Assembly: GCA_037720595.1 (NCBI GenBank)
Contig: JBBJLW010000016.1
Coordinates: 1,751-65,750, forward strand
DNA: 64,000 nt
Origin: Gaiellaceae bacterium
GTDB taxonomy: Bacteria > Actinomycetota > Thermoleophilia > Gaiellales > Gaiellaceae
Direction: 5' to 3'
Shown: piece by piece, positions 41,944 through 50,213 of the stretch
Position numbering within the stretch: position 1 is the stretch's first letter
How the letters are laid out: each line of letters starts with the position of its first letter
Translations under genes and position numbers: made by a program
Notes under the pieces: generated by a model
The model's input: the letters and a program-made list of their open reading frames with translations, nothing else
Told to the model about the DNA's origin: nothing
Database searches by the model: none

Positions 41944-42288
41944 CTAGTCGAGCGACTGCGCGAGCTGGATGCGGTTGCCGTCCGGATCGAGTACGTCCAG
42001 GAGTCGAATCTCCCCCGTCAGCTCGAAGACCACGCCGACCTCGACTCCCGCCGCGCGCAGGCGGTCGGCCTCGGCCTTGACGTCGGGCACGTCGACGTGC
42101 GCGACGCCGCCCGCCTCCTCCGGCTCGCCCTCAGCTAGGGCGATCTCCATCCCGCCGTGCTCGAGCTTCGACCAGCGATCCTGGAAATCGACGAACGTCT
42201 CCTCGAAGCCCAGCGTCTCCCTGTAGAAGGCGCGGGCGGCGTCGAGGTCGCGAACGCGATACCAGACCGGCGTCGCGCCGCCGTTCAT
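41944..42288 (-). CDS. VOC/glyoxalase-family protein
   Basis: 114 aa, VRDLDAARAFYRETLGFE...DPDGNRIQL. Confidence 0.8.
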   Translation of the reverse strand: MNGGATPVWYRVRDLDAARAFYRETLGFEETFVDFQDRWSKLEHGGMEIALAEGEPEEAGGVAHVDVPDVKAEADRLRAAGVEVGVVFELTGEIRLLDVLDPDGNRIQLAQSLD

Positions 42289-43574
42289 AGAGCGAGCGCC
42301 GGCTCCTCGAGCAGCTCCTTGACGGTGCGCAGGAACTCCGCCCCGTCGGCGCCGTCGATCGCCCGGTGGTCGCAGGTGAGCGTCAGAGACATCAGCGGTC
42401 GCACGACGACCTCGCCGCCGCGCGCCACGGGCGTCTCGACCGTCGCCCCGACCGCGAGGATCGCGGCCTGCGGCGGGTTGAGCACGGCCACGAACTGCTC
42501 GATCCCGTACATGCCGAGGTTGGAGATCGTGAAGGTGCCGTCCTCGAGGTCGCCCCGCTGGAGCTTGCCGTCGCGGGCGCGGGCGACAACGTCTGAACGG
42601 GCGGCGGCAATCTCCTGGATCGTGCGGCGGTCGGCATCGCGAATCACCGGCACGACGAGGCCGTTCGGTGCGGCGACGGCGATCCCGACGTGTGCAACCG
42701 GGAACCGGCGGATCGACTCGCCGGTGAAATGCGCGTTCACCGCCGGATGGCGGACGAGGGCGGCGGCTGAGACCTTCGTCAGCAGATCGCTGACGGTCGG
42801 CTTCGTCTCGCCCTCTGCGAGCCGCGCGACGAGGCGCTCGCGCAGCTCGAGCGCGCGAGTCATGTCCGCCGAGATGGTGAGCTGGAAGACGGGCGCCTGC
42901 CAGGCCTCGGTCAGCCTGCGGGCGATCGTCTTGCGGGTCGAGGTGAGCGCAATCTCCTCCACGTCGCCGGCCACGGCGGGGACCGCGGCGGCTGCCGGTT
43001 CGGCAACCTGGAAGCGCTCGACGTCGTCGGCGACGATGCGTCCCTCGGGGCCGCTGCCAATTACATGCGAGAGCTCGAGGCCCTTCTCGCGCGCGAGCCT
43101 GCGTGCGAGCGGCGAGGCCTTGACCCGGCCGCCGTCCGCGGCGGCGACAACCGGCTCCGCAGCCGCCGCTGCCGCGGCGGCTTCCTGCCCTCGGCGGCGC
43201 TGCTCGTCCATCTGTGGCGCGGACGAGCCTTCCGTCTCGGCCTCGTCCTTCTCCTCCACCGCGGCATCGGCTTCGCCGTCGCCCTCGGCGGCCGGCGCCT
43301 CGGCCGGAGCGGAGCCGTTGCCGGATGCGACTTCCTCACCCTCCTTGCCGATGACGCCGATCGTCGTGCCGACGTCGACCTCGCCCGAGTCGACGAGGAT
43401 CTTCAGGAGCACGCCGTCGGCCTCGGCCTCGACCTCCTGCGTGACCTTGTCGGTGTCGAGCTCGTAGAGCGGCTCGCGTTTCTTGACGGCCTGTCCCTCG
43501 CTCTTCAACCACTTGACGATCGTGCCGGACTCCATGCCCTGGCCGAGCCGCGGGAGCTTGACGTCCGTCGCCAT
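42285..43574 (-). CDS. dihydrolipoamide acyltransferase (E2)
   Basis: Start trimmed to MATDVKLPRLG. Lipoyl ELDTDKV, E3-binding domain ASPLARRLAREKGL, catalytic DHRAIDGA. Confidence 0.9.
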   Translation of the reverse strand: MATDVKLPRLGQGMESGTIVKWLKSEGQAVKKREPLYELDTDKVTQEVEAEADGVLLKILVDSGEVDVGTTIGVIGKEGEEVASGNGSAPAEAPAAEGDGEADAAVEEKDEAETEGSSAPQMDEQRRRGQEAAAAAAAAEPVVAAADGGRVKASPLARRLAREKGLELSHVIGSGPEGRIVADDVERFQVAEPAAAAVPAVAGDVEEIALTSTRKTIARRLTEAWQAPVFQLTISADMTRALELRERLVARLAEGETKPTVSDLLTKVSAAALVRHPAVNAHFTGESIRRFPVAHVGIAVAAPNGLVVPVIRDADRRTIQEIAAARSDVVARARDGKLQRGDLEDGTFTISNLGMYGIEQFVAVLNPPQAAILAVGATVETPVARGGEVVVRPLMSLTLTCDHRAIDGADGAEFLRTVKELLEEPALAL

Positions 43575-44554
43575 CAGCTTCGAGCCACGGTGCGCTTGAC
43601 GGCCTCGAGCACATCCGCGGCATGCGGCACCGCCCACTGCTCCATCGCCGGGGCGAACGCGAGCGGGGCGAACTTGGCGCCGACCCGCTCGATCGGTGCG
43701 TCGAGATAGTCGAAGGCCCCGTGCTGGACGACGGCCGTCAGCTCTGCGCCGAATCCACCGCGCGTGACCGCCTCGTGCGCGGTGACGCAGCGGTTCGTCT
43801 TCTGCACGGAGGCGATGATCGCCTCTTCGTCGAGGGGCAAGAGCGTCCGAGGGTCGAGCACCTCGACGGAGATTCCGAGCGTCTCGGCCTCCTCCGCCGC
43901 CTTCAGCGCCTCCGGCACCATCCGACCGATCGCGATCACGGTCACATCGGTGCCCTCGCGCATGATCCGCGCCTTCCCGAACGGAATCGGCTCGAGCTCC
44001 TCCGGAACCTCGCTCTTGAGCGGATAGAGCAGCCGGTGCTCGAAGAAGACAACCGGGTTGTCGTCGTAGATCGCGCTCCAGAGCAGGCCGCGGACGTCTT
44101 CGGCCGTCGACGGATAGACGACCTTGAGCCCGGGCACGTGGACGAACCACGACTCGAGCTGCTGCGCGTGCTGCGCACCCGGGCTCCAGCCGGCGCCGCC
44201 CTGAGTCCGGATCGTGAGCGGCACCTTCAACTGGCCCCCGCTCATCGTCCGGTGCTTCGCGGCCTGGTTGACGAGCTGCTCCATCGAGAGCGTCAGGAAA
44301 TCCTGGTACATGATCTCGACCACCGGGCGCATTCCTTGCATCGCGGCCCCGATCCCGGTGCCGACGATGGCCATCTCGGAGATCGGCGTGTTGCGGACTC
44401 GCTCGGGCCCGAACTCGGCGAGCATCCCCTGGGTCACGCCCATCGAGCCGCCCATCTCGGCGATGTCCTCGCCCATGATGAAGACGTCGTCGTCTTCGCG
44501 CATCGCGCGCGAGAGCGCGTCGCGGACTGCCTCGCGGTAGGTCAGCTCAGGCAT
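43574..44554 (-). CDS. 2-oxoacid dehydrogenase E1 beta subunit
   Basis: Start trimmed to MPELTYREAVRDAL...GEDIAEMGG...ERVRNTPISE. Confidence 0.9.
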   Translation of the reverse strand: MPELTYREAVRDALSRAMREDDDVFIMGEDIAEMGGSMGVTQGMLAEFGPERVRNTPISEMAIVGTGIGAAMQGMRPVVEIMYQDFLTLSMEQLVNQAAKHRTMSGGQLKVPLTIRTQGGAGWSPGAQHAQQLESWFVHVPGLKVVYPSTAEDVRGLLWSAIYDDNPVVFFEHRLLYPLKSEVPEELEPIPFGKARIMREGTDVTVIAIGRMVPEALKAAEEAETLGISVEVLDPRTLLPLDEEAIIASVQKTNRCVTAHEAVTRGGFGAELTAVVQHGAFDYLDAPIERVGAKFAPLAFAPAMEQWAVPHAADVLEAVKRTVARS

Positions 44555-45542
44555 AGACCCACTTGAGCGCGTCCTCGGGTTTGGGATCCGTACCCGCTTT
44601 CGCGAACGCAACCGACTCCTCGACGATCGCCGTCACCTCCGTGTCGAGCTGCTCGAGCTCGTCGTCGGAGAGCTCGAGGCGGGTGCGGAGGAGCTCGATC
44701 GGATCCTTCGTCTCGCGCAGCTCGTTGAGCTCGTCCTTCTCGCGATAGACCTGCGGGTCGCCGATGTAGTGCCCGACGAGCCGATACGTGCGGACGTTCA
44801 GGAAGACCGGGCCCTTGCCCGAGGCGGCGTGCGCGCGCGCTTTCTTCGTGGCCGCGAACACGGCCTCGACGTCCTGGCCATCGACGTCGACCGAGTGCAT
44901 GCCGAAGGCGACCGCGCGTTGCGAGAGGTCTGTGATCGGTAGGTGCTGGCTCATCGGGGTGGATTCCGCCCAGCCGTTCATCTCGAGGACGAAGAGCGCC
45001 GGCACCTTCCAGAGCTGGGCGAGATTGAGCGACTCGTGGAACGTGCCCGTGTTCGTCGCGCCGTCACCGAAGAAGGCGACCGCGACCTTGCTCTCCTTGC
45101 GGAACTGATAGGCGAGCGCCGTTCCGGTCACCTGCGGGAGGCCGCCGCCCACGACGGCGTTCGCGCCGAGCATCCCGTTGGCGATGTCGTAGAGGTGCAT
45201 CGAGCCGCCGTAGCCGCCCGAGCAGCCCTCGGTTTTCCCGTAGAGCTCTGCCATCACGGCGTTCGGGTGCGTCCCCTTCGCGAGGGTGTGCCCGTGCGCG
45301 CGATGCGTCGACATGATCGTGTCCTCGGGCTCGAGCCCCGCCATCACGCCGGACGCGACGGCCTCCTGGCCGATCGCGACGTGGAGGAAGCCTGGGAGCT
45401 CGCCAGCCCGGAAACGCTCCTCGACCTTCTCTTCGAAGCGCCTGATCAGGAGCATCTCGCGAAAGAGCTCGCGGAGCCGTTTGTCGGAGAGCGCGCCTTC
45501 GGAACGAGCTTTCTTCTCGACCTTCGCCATCTGGGGCTCCAT
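44547..45542 (-). CDS. 2-oxoacid dehydrogenase E1 alpha subunit (TPP-dependent)
   Basis: IRRFEEKV, GFLHVAIGQEA, GDGATNTG, YRLVGH. Confidence 0.9.
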   Translation of the reverse strand: MEPQMAKVEKKARSEGALSDKRLRELFREMLLIRRFEEKVEERFRAGELPGFLHVAIGQEAVASGVMAGLEPEDTIMSTHRAHGHTLAKGTHPNAVMAELYGKTEGCSGGYGGSMHLYDIANGMLGANAVVGGGLPQVTGTALAYQFRKESKVAVAFFGDGATNTGTFHESLNLAQLWKVPALFVLEMNGWAESTPMSQHLPITDLSQRAVAFGMHSVDVDGQDVEAVFAATKKARAHAASGKGPVFLNVRTYRLVGHYIGDPQVYREKDELNELRETKDPIELLRTRLELSDDELEQLDTEVTAIVEESVAFAKAGTDPKPEDALKWVYA

Positions 45543-45557
45543 TATGCTGACCCTCGC

Positions 45558-46202
45558 ATGGGACTCGTCGAGGACTGGCGCCGGATCGAGCGTGACCTAC
45601 CGGATGGCTGGGCGGACGCCCGGCTCGCCCTGAAGATCGCCGATCGAAACCGGCTCGACCGCGCGGCGGCGCTGCTCGGGCCTGCCAATCCCGGGCGCGG
45701 CGCCGGCGAGCTTCGCTTCTCCGCGATGCGATCTCCTGGAACCGGCGTCGGACCGGACGCCGTCAAGCGGCTGCTCGGCCGGCTCGAGGAGGAAGGCATC
45801 GCCGGACAGCTCCGGCTCCGGGAGGCGGTCGCGGGCCTGGTTGCCGATGACGAGCCGACGACGAGGCTTGTCGCGGGCTGGGACGCTGCGGTCGCGACGC
45901 TGCCGCCCGACTGGAGCGACCTCTACTGCGAGCTGGAGCTCAACTCGAGCGACTACCTCCAGCGAGGCGCGCTCCTCCTGGCGCCGATCAATCCTGCCCG
46001 GATCCCCGGCAAGTCGATGTTCCGCTTTCGGGTCGCCCACCGCTTCGGCTACGGGGCGTCGGAGCCGATGACCCGTCGCTGCCTCGCACGCGTGGACGAC
46101 GAGGGCCTCACGGGACGCGTCTCGATCCTTCGAACCCTCTCGGACACCCACAACGTCGACACGCAGGGTCCCGTCTGGTACGTGGAAGGGAAGGCGGTAT
46201 GA
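45558..46202 (+). CDS. hypothetical protein
   Basis: Start trimmed to the ATG at 45558, just beyond the divergent E1-alpha start. 214 aa, no motif recognised. Confidence 0.55.
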   Translation: MGLVEDWRRIERDLPDGWADARLALKIADRNRLDRAAALLGPANPGRGAGELRFSAMRSPGTGVGPDAVKRLLGRLEEEGIAGQLRLREAVAGLVADDEPTTRLVAGWDAAVATLPPDWSDLYCELELNSSDYLQRGALLLAPINPARIPGKSMFRFRVAHRFGYGASEPMTRRCLARVDDEGLTGRVSILRTLSDTHNVDTQGPVWYVEGKAV

Positions 46203-46504
46203 CCGACACCGATCCTGTCTCATGGCTGCTGATCGAGCACGGCTGGACCGTGGTCGGTAGCGACGGCGCCGATCTCGGCAAGGTCGCCGAGGTCGTGGGC
46301 GACTCGGACAAGGACATCTTCAACGGGCTTTCCGTCTCGCACGGTTTCCTGCGCTCCAAGCGCTACGTGCCGGCGGAGAGCGTTGGGACGATCACGGAGG
46401 GGCGCGTCGAGCTCGACCTGGACGCGGACTCCTTCGCCGGGCTCGACGACCACGACGAGCCGCCACCATCCGAGACGATCCGCTCGGATACGACAGACCT
46501 CTAG
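46199..46504 (+). CDS. PRC-barrel-like domain protein
   Basis: 101 aa, GWTVVGSDGADLGKVAEVVGDSDKDIFNGLSV. 4-nt overlap with the upstream gene. Confidence 0.65.
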   Translation: MTDTDPVSWLLIEHGWTVVGSDGADLGKVAEVVGDSDKDIFNGLSVSHGFLRSKRYVPAESVGTITEGRVELDLDADSFAGLDDHDEPPPSETIRSDTTDL

Positions 46505-46962
46505 GAAAGCTCTCGGACAAGCGCCTTCGCATCGGCGGCGCTGCCGGCGATCACGAGACACGTGTCGTCGCCCGCAAGCGTGCCGACGACCCGTGGATGG
46601 CGGATTCGGTCGAGCGCACGGGCGATTGCCGGGGCAGAGCCAAGCTCCGAGCGAATCACGACGATGTTCTGTGCGGCAGTGAGCCCGCGACCGTACTGGC
46701 TGAGGATCTCGGCGAGCGCGGCCCGCGGATCGCGGCCGCGTGGGCGGCCGGAGAGGACGTAGCGCGGCCGCCCCAGCTCGTCATCCACCTTCTCCACCGG
46801 GAGCTCGCGGAGGTCGCGCGACAGCGTCGCCTGAGTCACCGTGCAGCCGGCCGCGGCGAGGGCCTCCCGGAGCTCGAGCTGCGTGCCGATCCGTCGCCGC
46901 GTGATCACGCTCTCGATCAGTCGCTGGCGCTCGAGCTTCGTCAGCCGCGTGTGCCCGTGCAT
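46501..46962 (-). CDS. argR: arginine repressor
   Basis: TQLELREALAAAGCTVTQATLSRDLREL plus the C-terminal GTLAGDDTCLVI. Confidence 0.9.
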   Translation of the reverse strand: MHGHTRLTKLERQRLIESVITRRRIGTQLELREALAAAGCTVTQATLSRDLRELPVEKVDDELGRPRYVLSGRPRGRDPRAALAEILSQYGRGLTAAQNIVVIRSELGSAPAIARALDRIRHPRVVGTLAGDDTCLVIAGSAADAKALVRELS

Positions 46963-47016
46963 GGCCTCACCGTAGCCAGACGTTTGCCGAATTCCGGCCG
47001 TGGCAACGACGAGACC

Positions 47017-47145
47017 ATGCTGCGCAAAGTTCTCTGGCTCGGTCTGTACGGTGTTCTCGGTGCCGCTTCGACGATGGCTGCGCGCCGCGCGGCGTCGGGG
47101 ATTTGGCGCGTCGCAACGGGCGAGAAGCCACCGGCCAAGCGATGA
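47017..47145 (+). CDS. DUF4235-like small membrane protein
   Basis: 42 aa, MLRKVLWLGLYGVLGAASTMAARRAASGIWRVATGEKPP. Confidence 0.45.
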   Translation: MLRKVLWLGLYGVLGAASTMAARRAASGIWRVATGEKPPAKR

Positions 47146-47498
47146 CGAAGGGCGACGAGGCGGTCGAGAAGGGCGCGGACAAGCTGGACGCGCTCGCCGA
47201 CAAGGCGGCTGCGCGAGGCGGGCTCACCTCGAAGCTCGCCGACGAGTTGGCCGACGACGCGAGCTTCCTGCGCAAGCTGAAGCCCTCGCTGATCGCGGCA
47301 CGCGCAAAAGGGGAGGCTCCGAAGGATCGAGAGCCCGGCTCGACGGAGGTCCGCGCTCCCTCCGGGCCTCAGCACAGGCCGCGAACGTCGGGCACCGACG
47401 GACCTAATCCGTTCGTCGTCGCCGGCGCTGCGTTCGGTCTGGGCTCGCTGCTCGCCAAGGCGATCGACTGGAGAGGCCATGCCCACCCGCGTCGATAA
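47142..47498 (+). CDS. hypothetical small protein
   Basis: ATGA overlap with the preceding ORF. 118 aa with a C-terminal hydrophobic segment. Confidence 0.45.
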   Translation: MTKGDEAVEKGADKLDALADKAAARGGLTSKLADELADDASFLRKLKPSLIAARAKGEAPKDREPGSTEVRAPSGPQHRPRTSGTDGPNPFVVAGAAFGLGSLLAKAIDWRGHAHPRR

Positions 47499-47880
47499 CT
47501 CGTCCGGAGTCGGAGGCGCCGCGAAGCAGGTGGCGGAGCACGCCAGCTCCCTCGCGAAGCTCGAGCTCGAGCTGGCAGGTCTGGAGCTGAAGCGGAAGGT
47601 CGGCGCGCTCGGAGCCGGTCTCGGACTAGGTCTTGGGGCCGCGCTGTTCGCTCTCTTCGCATTTGGGTTCCTCCTCGCGACGGCCGCAGCCGCGCTCGCG
47701 CTCGTGCTCGACACCTGGCTTGCACTCCTGATCGTGACCCTCGGGCTGGTCGCCGTCGCAGCCGTTCTCGGCTTCCTGGCGCTCGGTCGAATCAAGAAGG
47801 GCACGCCGCCCGTTCCCGAGCAGGCGATCCGCGAGGCGAAGCTGACCACGGAGGCGCTGAGGGCCAATGGCAACCACTAG
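47479..47880 (+). CDS. phage-holin-family (actinobacterial holin-X-like) membrane protein
   Basis: 133 aa. An amphipathic N-terminus is followed by two long TM helices. Confidence 0.65.
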   Translation: MPTRVDNSSGVGGAAKQVAEHASSLAKLELELAGLELKRKVGALGAGLGLGLGAALFALFAFGFLLATAAAALALVLDTWLALLIVTLGLVAVAAVLGFLALGRIKKGTPPVPEQAIREAKLTTEALRANGNH

Positions 47881-48115
47881 CCTGAACGGGCGTACGCCCG
47901 AGACGATCCGTCGCGAGATCGAGACCGAGCGCGAGCATCTGGCCCACGCCGTCGAAGACCTGCGCGAAGGGCTCGGCGCGGCGACGGACGTCGCCGGCAA
48001 GCTCCGCGCGAATCTTCCCGTGGTCGCCGCCGGCGCGCTCGGCGCGGGTTTCTTCCTCGCTGGTGGAATCGGCGCGACCATGCGCTTCCTCGCCCGCAAG
48101 GGCCGCGAGCGCTGA
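47867..48115 (+). CDS. DUF3618-like protein
   Basis: 82 aa, TPETIRREIETEREHLAHAVEDLRE plus a C-terminal TM helix. Confidence 0.6.
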   Translation: MATTSLNGRTPETIRREIETEREHLAHAVEDLREGLGAATDVAGKLRANLPVVAAGALGAGFFLAGGIGATMRFLARKGRER

Positions 48116-48116
48116 G

Positions 48117-49049
48117 ATGTCGTCCCGCGCCGAGCGGGCCCGCGTCGGATCTCCCCCCGCCAGTCCTTACCGGCTCTCTCCGAGCCGCTGGATCGCGGTT
48201 TTCAAGCGCGCGTTCCGCGAGTTCCTCGCCGACGACTGCATGGGTCTCGCCCAGCAGATTGCCTTCAGCTCCCTGCTCGCGTTCTTCCCGGCCGTCGTCT
48301 TCCTGGTGGGTCTGCTCGACCTCGTCGATGCGTATCCGACGCTGAAGGATTTCCTCGCTCCGATCGCACCCGGCGATGTCCTGGAGACGATCGACACGCT
48401 TCAGCGGGAGACGTCCAAGAGCACCTCGGTGCTCGCGTTCTTCGTGGGCGCCGCCGGCGCCACCTGGGCCGCGAGCGGGGCGATGAACTCCGTGCTGAAG
48501 GCCGTCAACCGAGCCTACGAGCGCGTGGAGACCCGGCCGTTCTGGAAGACGAGGCTGATCGCGATAGTGCTCGTGATCCTGACCGGGATCACGACTGCCG
48601 GGCTCCTGCTGCTCATCGTCTTCGGCGAGCCGCTTGGCAACGCGATCGCCGAGCAGGCGAGGCTCGGCGGCGCCTTCGACCTCGTCTGGTCGATCGCCCG
48701 CTGGCCGATCGCGTTCGTCGCCGTTCTCTTCTTCTTCGCGATCGTCTACTACCTCGCGCCGAACGTCGACTCCCGCGACTGGCGCTGGCTGACCCCGGGC
48801 TCGCTCGTCGGCGGGATCCTGTGGCTCGCGCTTTCGGGGTTGTTCGCGCTCTACACGAGCTTCTCGGAGTCGTACTCGAAGACCTACGGCGCCCTCGCGA
48901 GCGGAATCGTGCTCCTCCTCTGGCTGAACTACTCGGCGTTCGCGCTTCTCTTCGGCGCGGAGCTGAACTCCGAGCTCGACCGCGAGGCCGAGATCCAGGC
49001 GGCCGGCGGCCCGGACGCGGGGCTCGTCAAGCCCAGCCGCCGCGGCTAG
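48117..49049 (+). CDS. YihY/BrkB family membrane protein
   Basis: FKRAFREFLADDCMGLAQQIAFSSLLAFFP, six TM helices. Start trimmed to the ATG at 48117. Confidence 0.85.
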   Translation: MSSRAERARVGSPPASPYRLSPSRWIAVFKRAFREFLADDCMGLAQQIAFSSLLAFFPAVVFLVGLLDLVDAYPTLKDFLAPIAPGDVLETIDTLQRETSKSTSVLAFFVGAAGATWAASGAMNSVLKAVNRAYERVETRPFWKTRLIAIVLVILTGITTAGLLLLIVFGEPLGNAIAEQARLGGAFDLVWSIARWPIAFVAVLFFFAIVYYLAPNVDSRDWRWLTPGSLVGGILWLALSGLFALYTSFSESYSKTYGALASGIVLLLWLNYSAFALLFGAELNSELDREAEIQAAGGPDAGLVKPSRRG

Positions 49050-49726
49050 GTAACCGCGACCGTGCCGCGGAGCGTCACCGGGCTCTTGTCCGAGCGGAAG
49101 ACGAGCGTGCCCCGCTTCAGCATCAGCTTCCAGGTGACCGTCGCGACCTGCGCGATCCCCGTCTTGCGGTCGACGCCGGCACCGGTGACGTGGAAGTTGT
49201 GCAGCTTCGTGCGATCGCGGACGGTGGCGACGTAGGCGCCTGCCTTCAGCGCGCGCACGCGGACCCCAGCCTGAGTGCGAAGCGAGATCGTGGCGCCCGG
49301 GCCGACGGTCGCGGTCAGCTTGGTCGCCGCCACGGGAGGTGGTGGAGGCGGCGGCGGGGGCGGACCCGTGCCGACATCGAACGCGCCTCGCATCGTGTTC
49401 GAATGCGGATCGCAGAGAAATGTGTAGCGCCCATCTCTGAGCGTGATCGTGAACGTTTGTGCGCCGACGTCTTCGACGGGCGTCACGACGTCCACACCCG
49501 GGCCGGAGAGGTGGAAGTTGTGCTCGGGCGAGCGATCGTCGACCGCCAGCTCATAGGTGCCTGGATCGAGCCTCTGGACGGGAAGGCCGTCCGCTCCGAG
49601 GAGTCCGATCGTGAAGCCAGGGCCGACGGTGCCGGTCAGCTTCCCGTCCGCGGCCAGCGCGACGGCAACCGATGCGGCACCGGCGACGGCGAGGAAGGCG
49701 GCGACGATGGAACCGCGGAAGCGCAT
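49046..49726 (-). CDS. secreted tandem cupredoxin-like protein with a poly-proline linker
   Basis: Signal peptide. Domain 1 has HNFH...CDPHSNTM (type-1 Cu-like). Then P10. Domain 2 has HNFH but no Cys. Confidence 0.7.
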   Translation of the reverse strand: MRFRGSIVAAFLAVAGAASVAVALAADGKLTGTVGPGFTIGLLGADGLPVQRLDPGTYELAVDDRSPEHNFHLSGPGVDVVTPVEDVGAQTFTITLRDGRYTFLCDPHSNTMRGAFDVGTGPPPPPPPPPPVAATKLTATVGPGATISLRTQAGVRVRALKAGAYVATVRDRTKLHNFHVTGAGVDRKTGIAQVATVTWKLMLKRGTLVFRSDKSPVTLRGTVAVT

Positions 49727-49796
49727 CAGCCGACACTACGCGCTCGTGCGAAGATCGGATTGCGTCCCCACCGATGGATCGCGTACAGTCGCCTCC

Positions 49797-50213
49797 GTGA
49801 GGCTCGGGAAGAACGCGAAGGCGGATCTGATCCGTAATGTGCCGCTCTTCGCGCACTGCTCGAAGGGCGAGATCGCCGAGGTCGCGTCGATCGCGGACGA
49901 GGTCGATGTGCCCGCCGGCAAGGATCTTCTGCAGGAAGACGACCGCGGCCGCGAGTTCTTCGTCCTGTTGAACGGCGCGGCGGACGTCCGCAGCAAGGGG
50001 CGCAAGCTGAACACGCTCGGCCCCGGGGATTTCTTCGGCGAGATCGCGCTCGTCTCCCGCTCGCCACGGACGGCGACGGTGACCACGACCGAGGACTCGA
50101 GACTGCTCGTGATCACCGCCAGCGCGTTTCGCGGCTTACTCGATCATTCGCCGCGAATCCAGATTCGCGTGCTCGAGGCGCTCGCGGATCGCCTTGCACC
50201 AATTTCCTTCTAG
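49797..50213 (+). CDS. cyclic-nucleotide-binding domain protein
   Basis: Starts at the GTG at 49797. FFGEIALVSRSPRTATV. Confidence 0.75.
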   Translation: MRLGKNAKADLIRNVPLFAHCSKGEIAEVASIADEVDVPAGKDLLQEDDRGREFFVLLNGAADVRSKGRKLNTLGPGDFFGEIALVSRSPRTATVTTTEDSRLLVITASAFRGLLDHSPRIQIRVLEALADRLAPISF

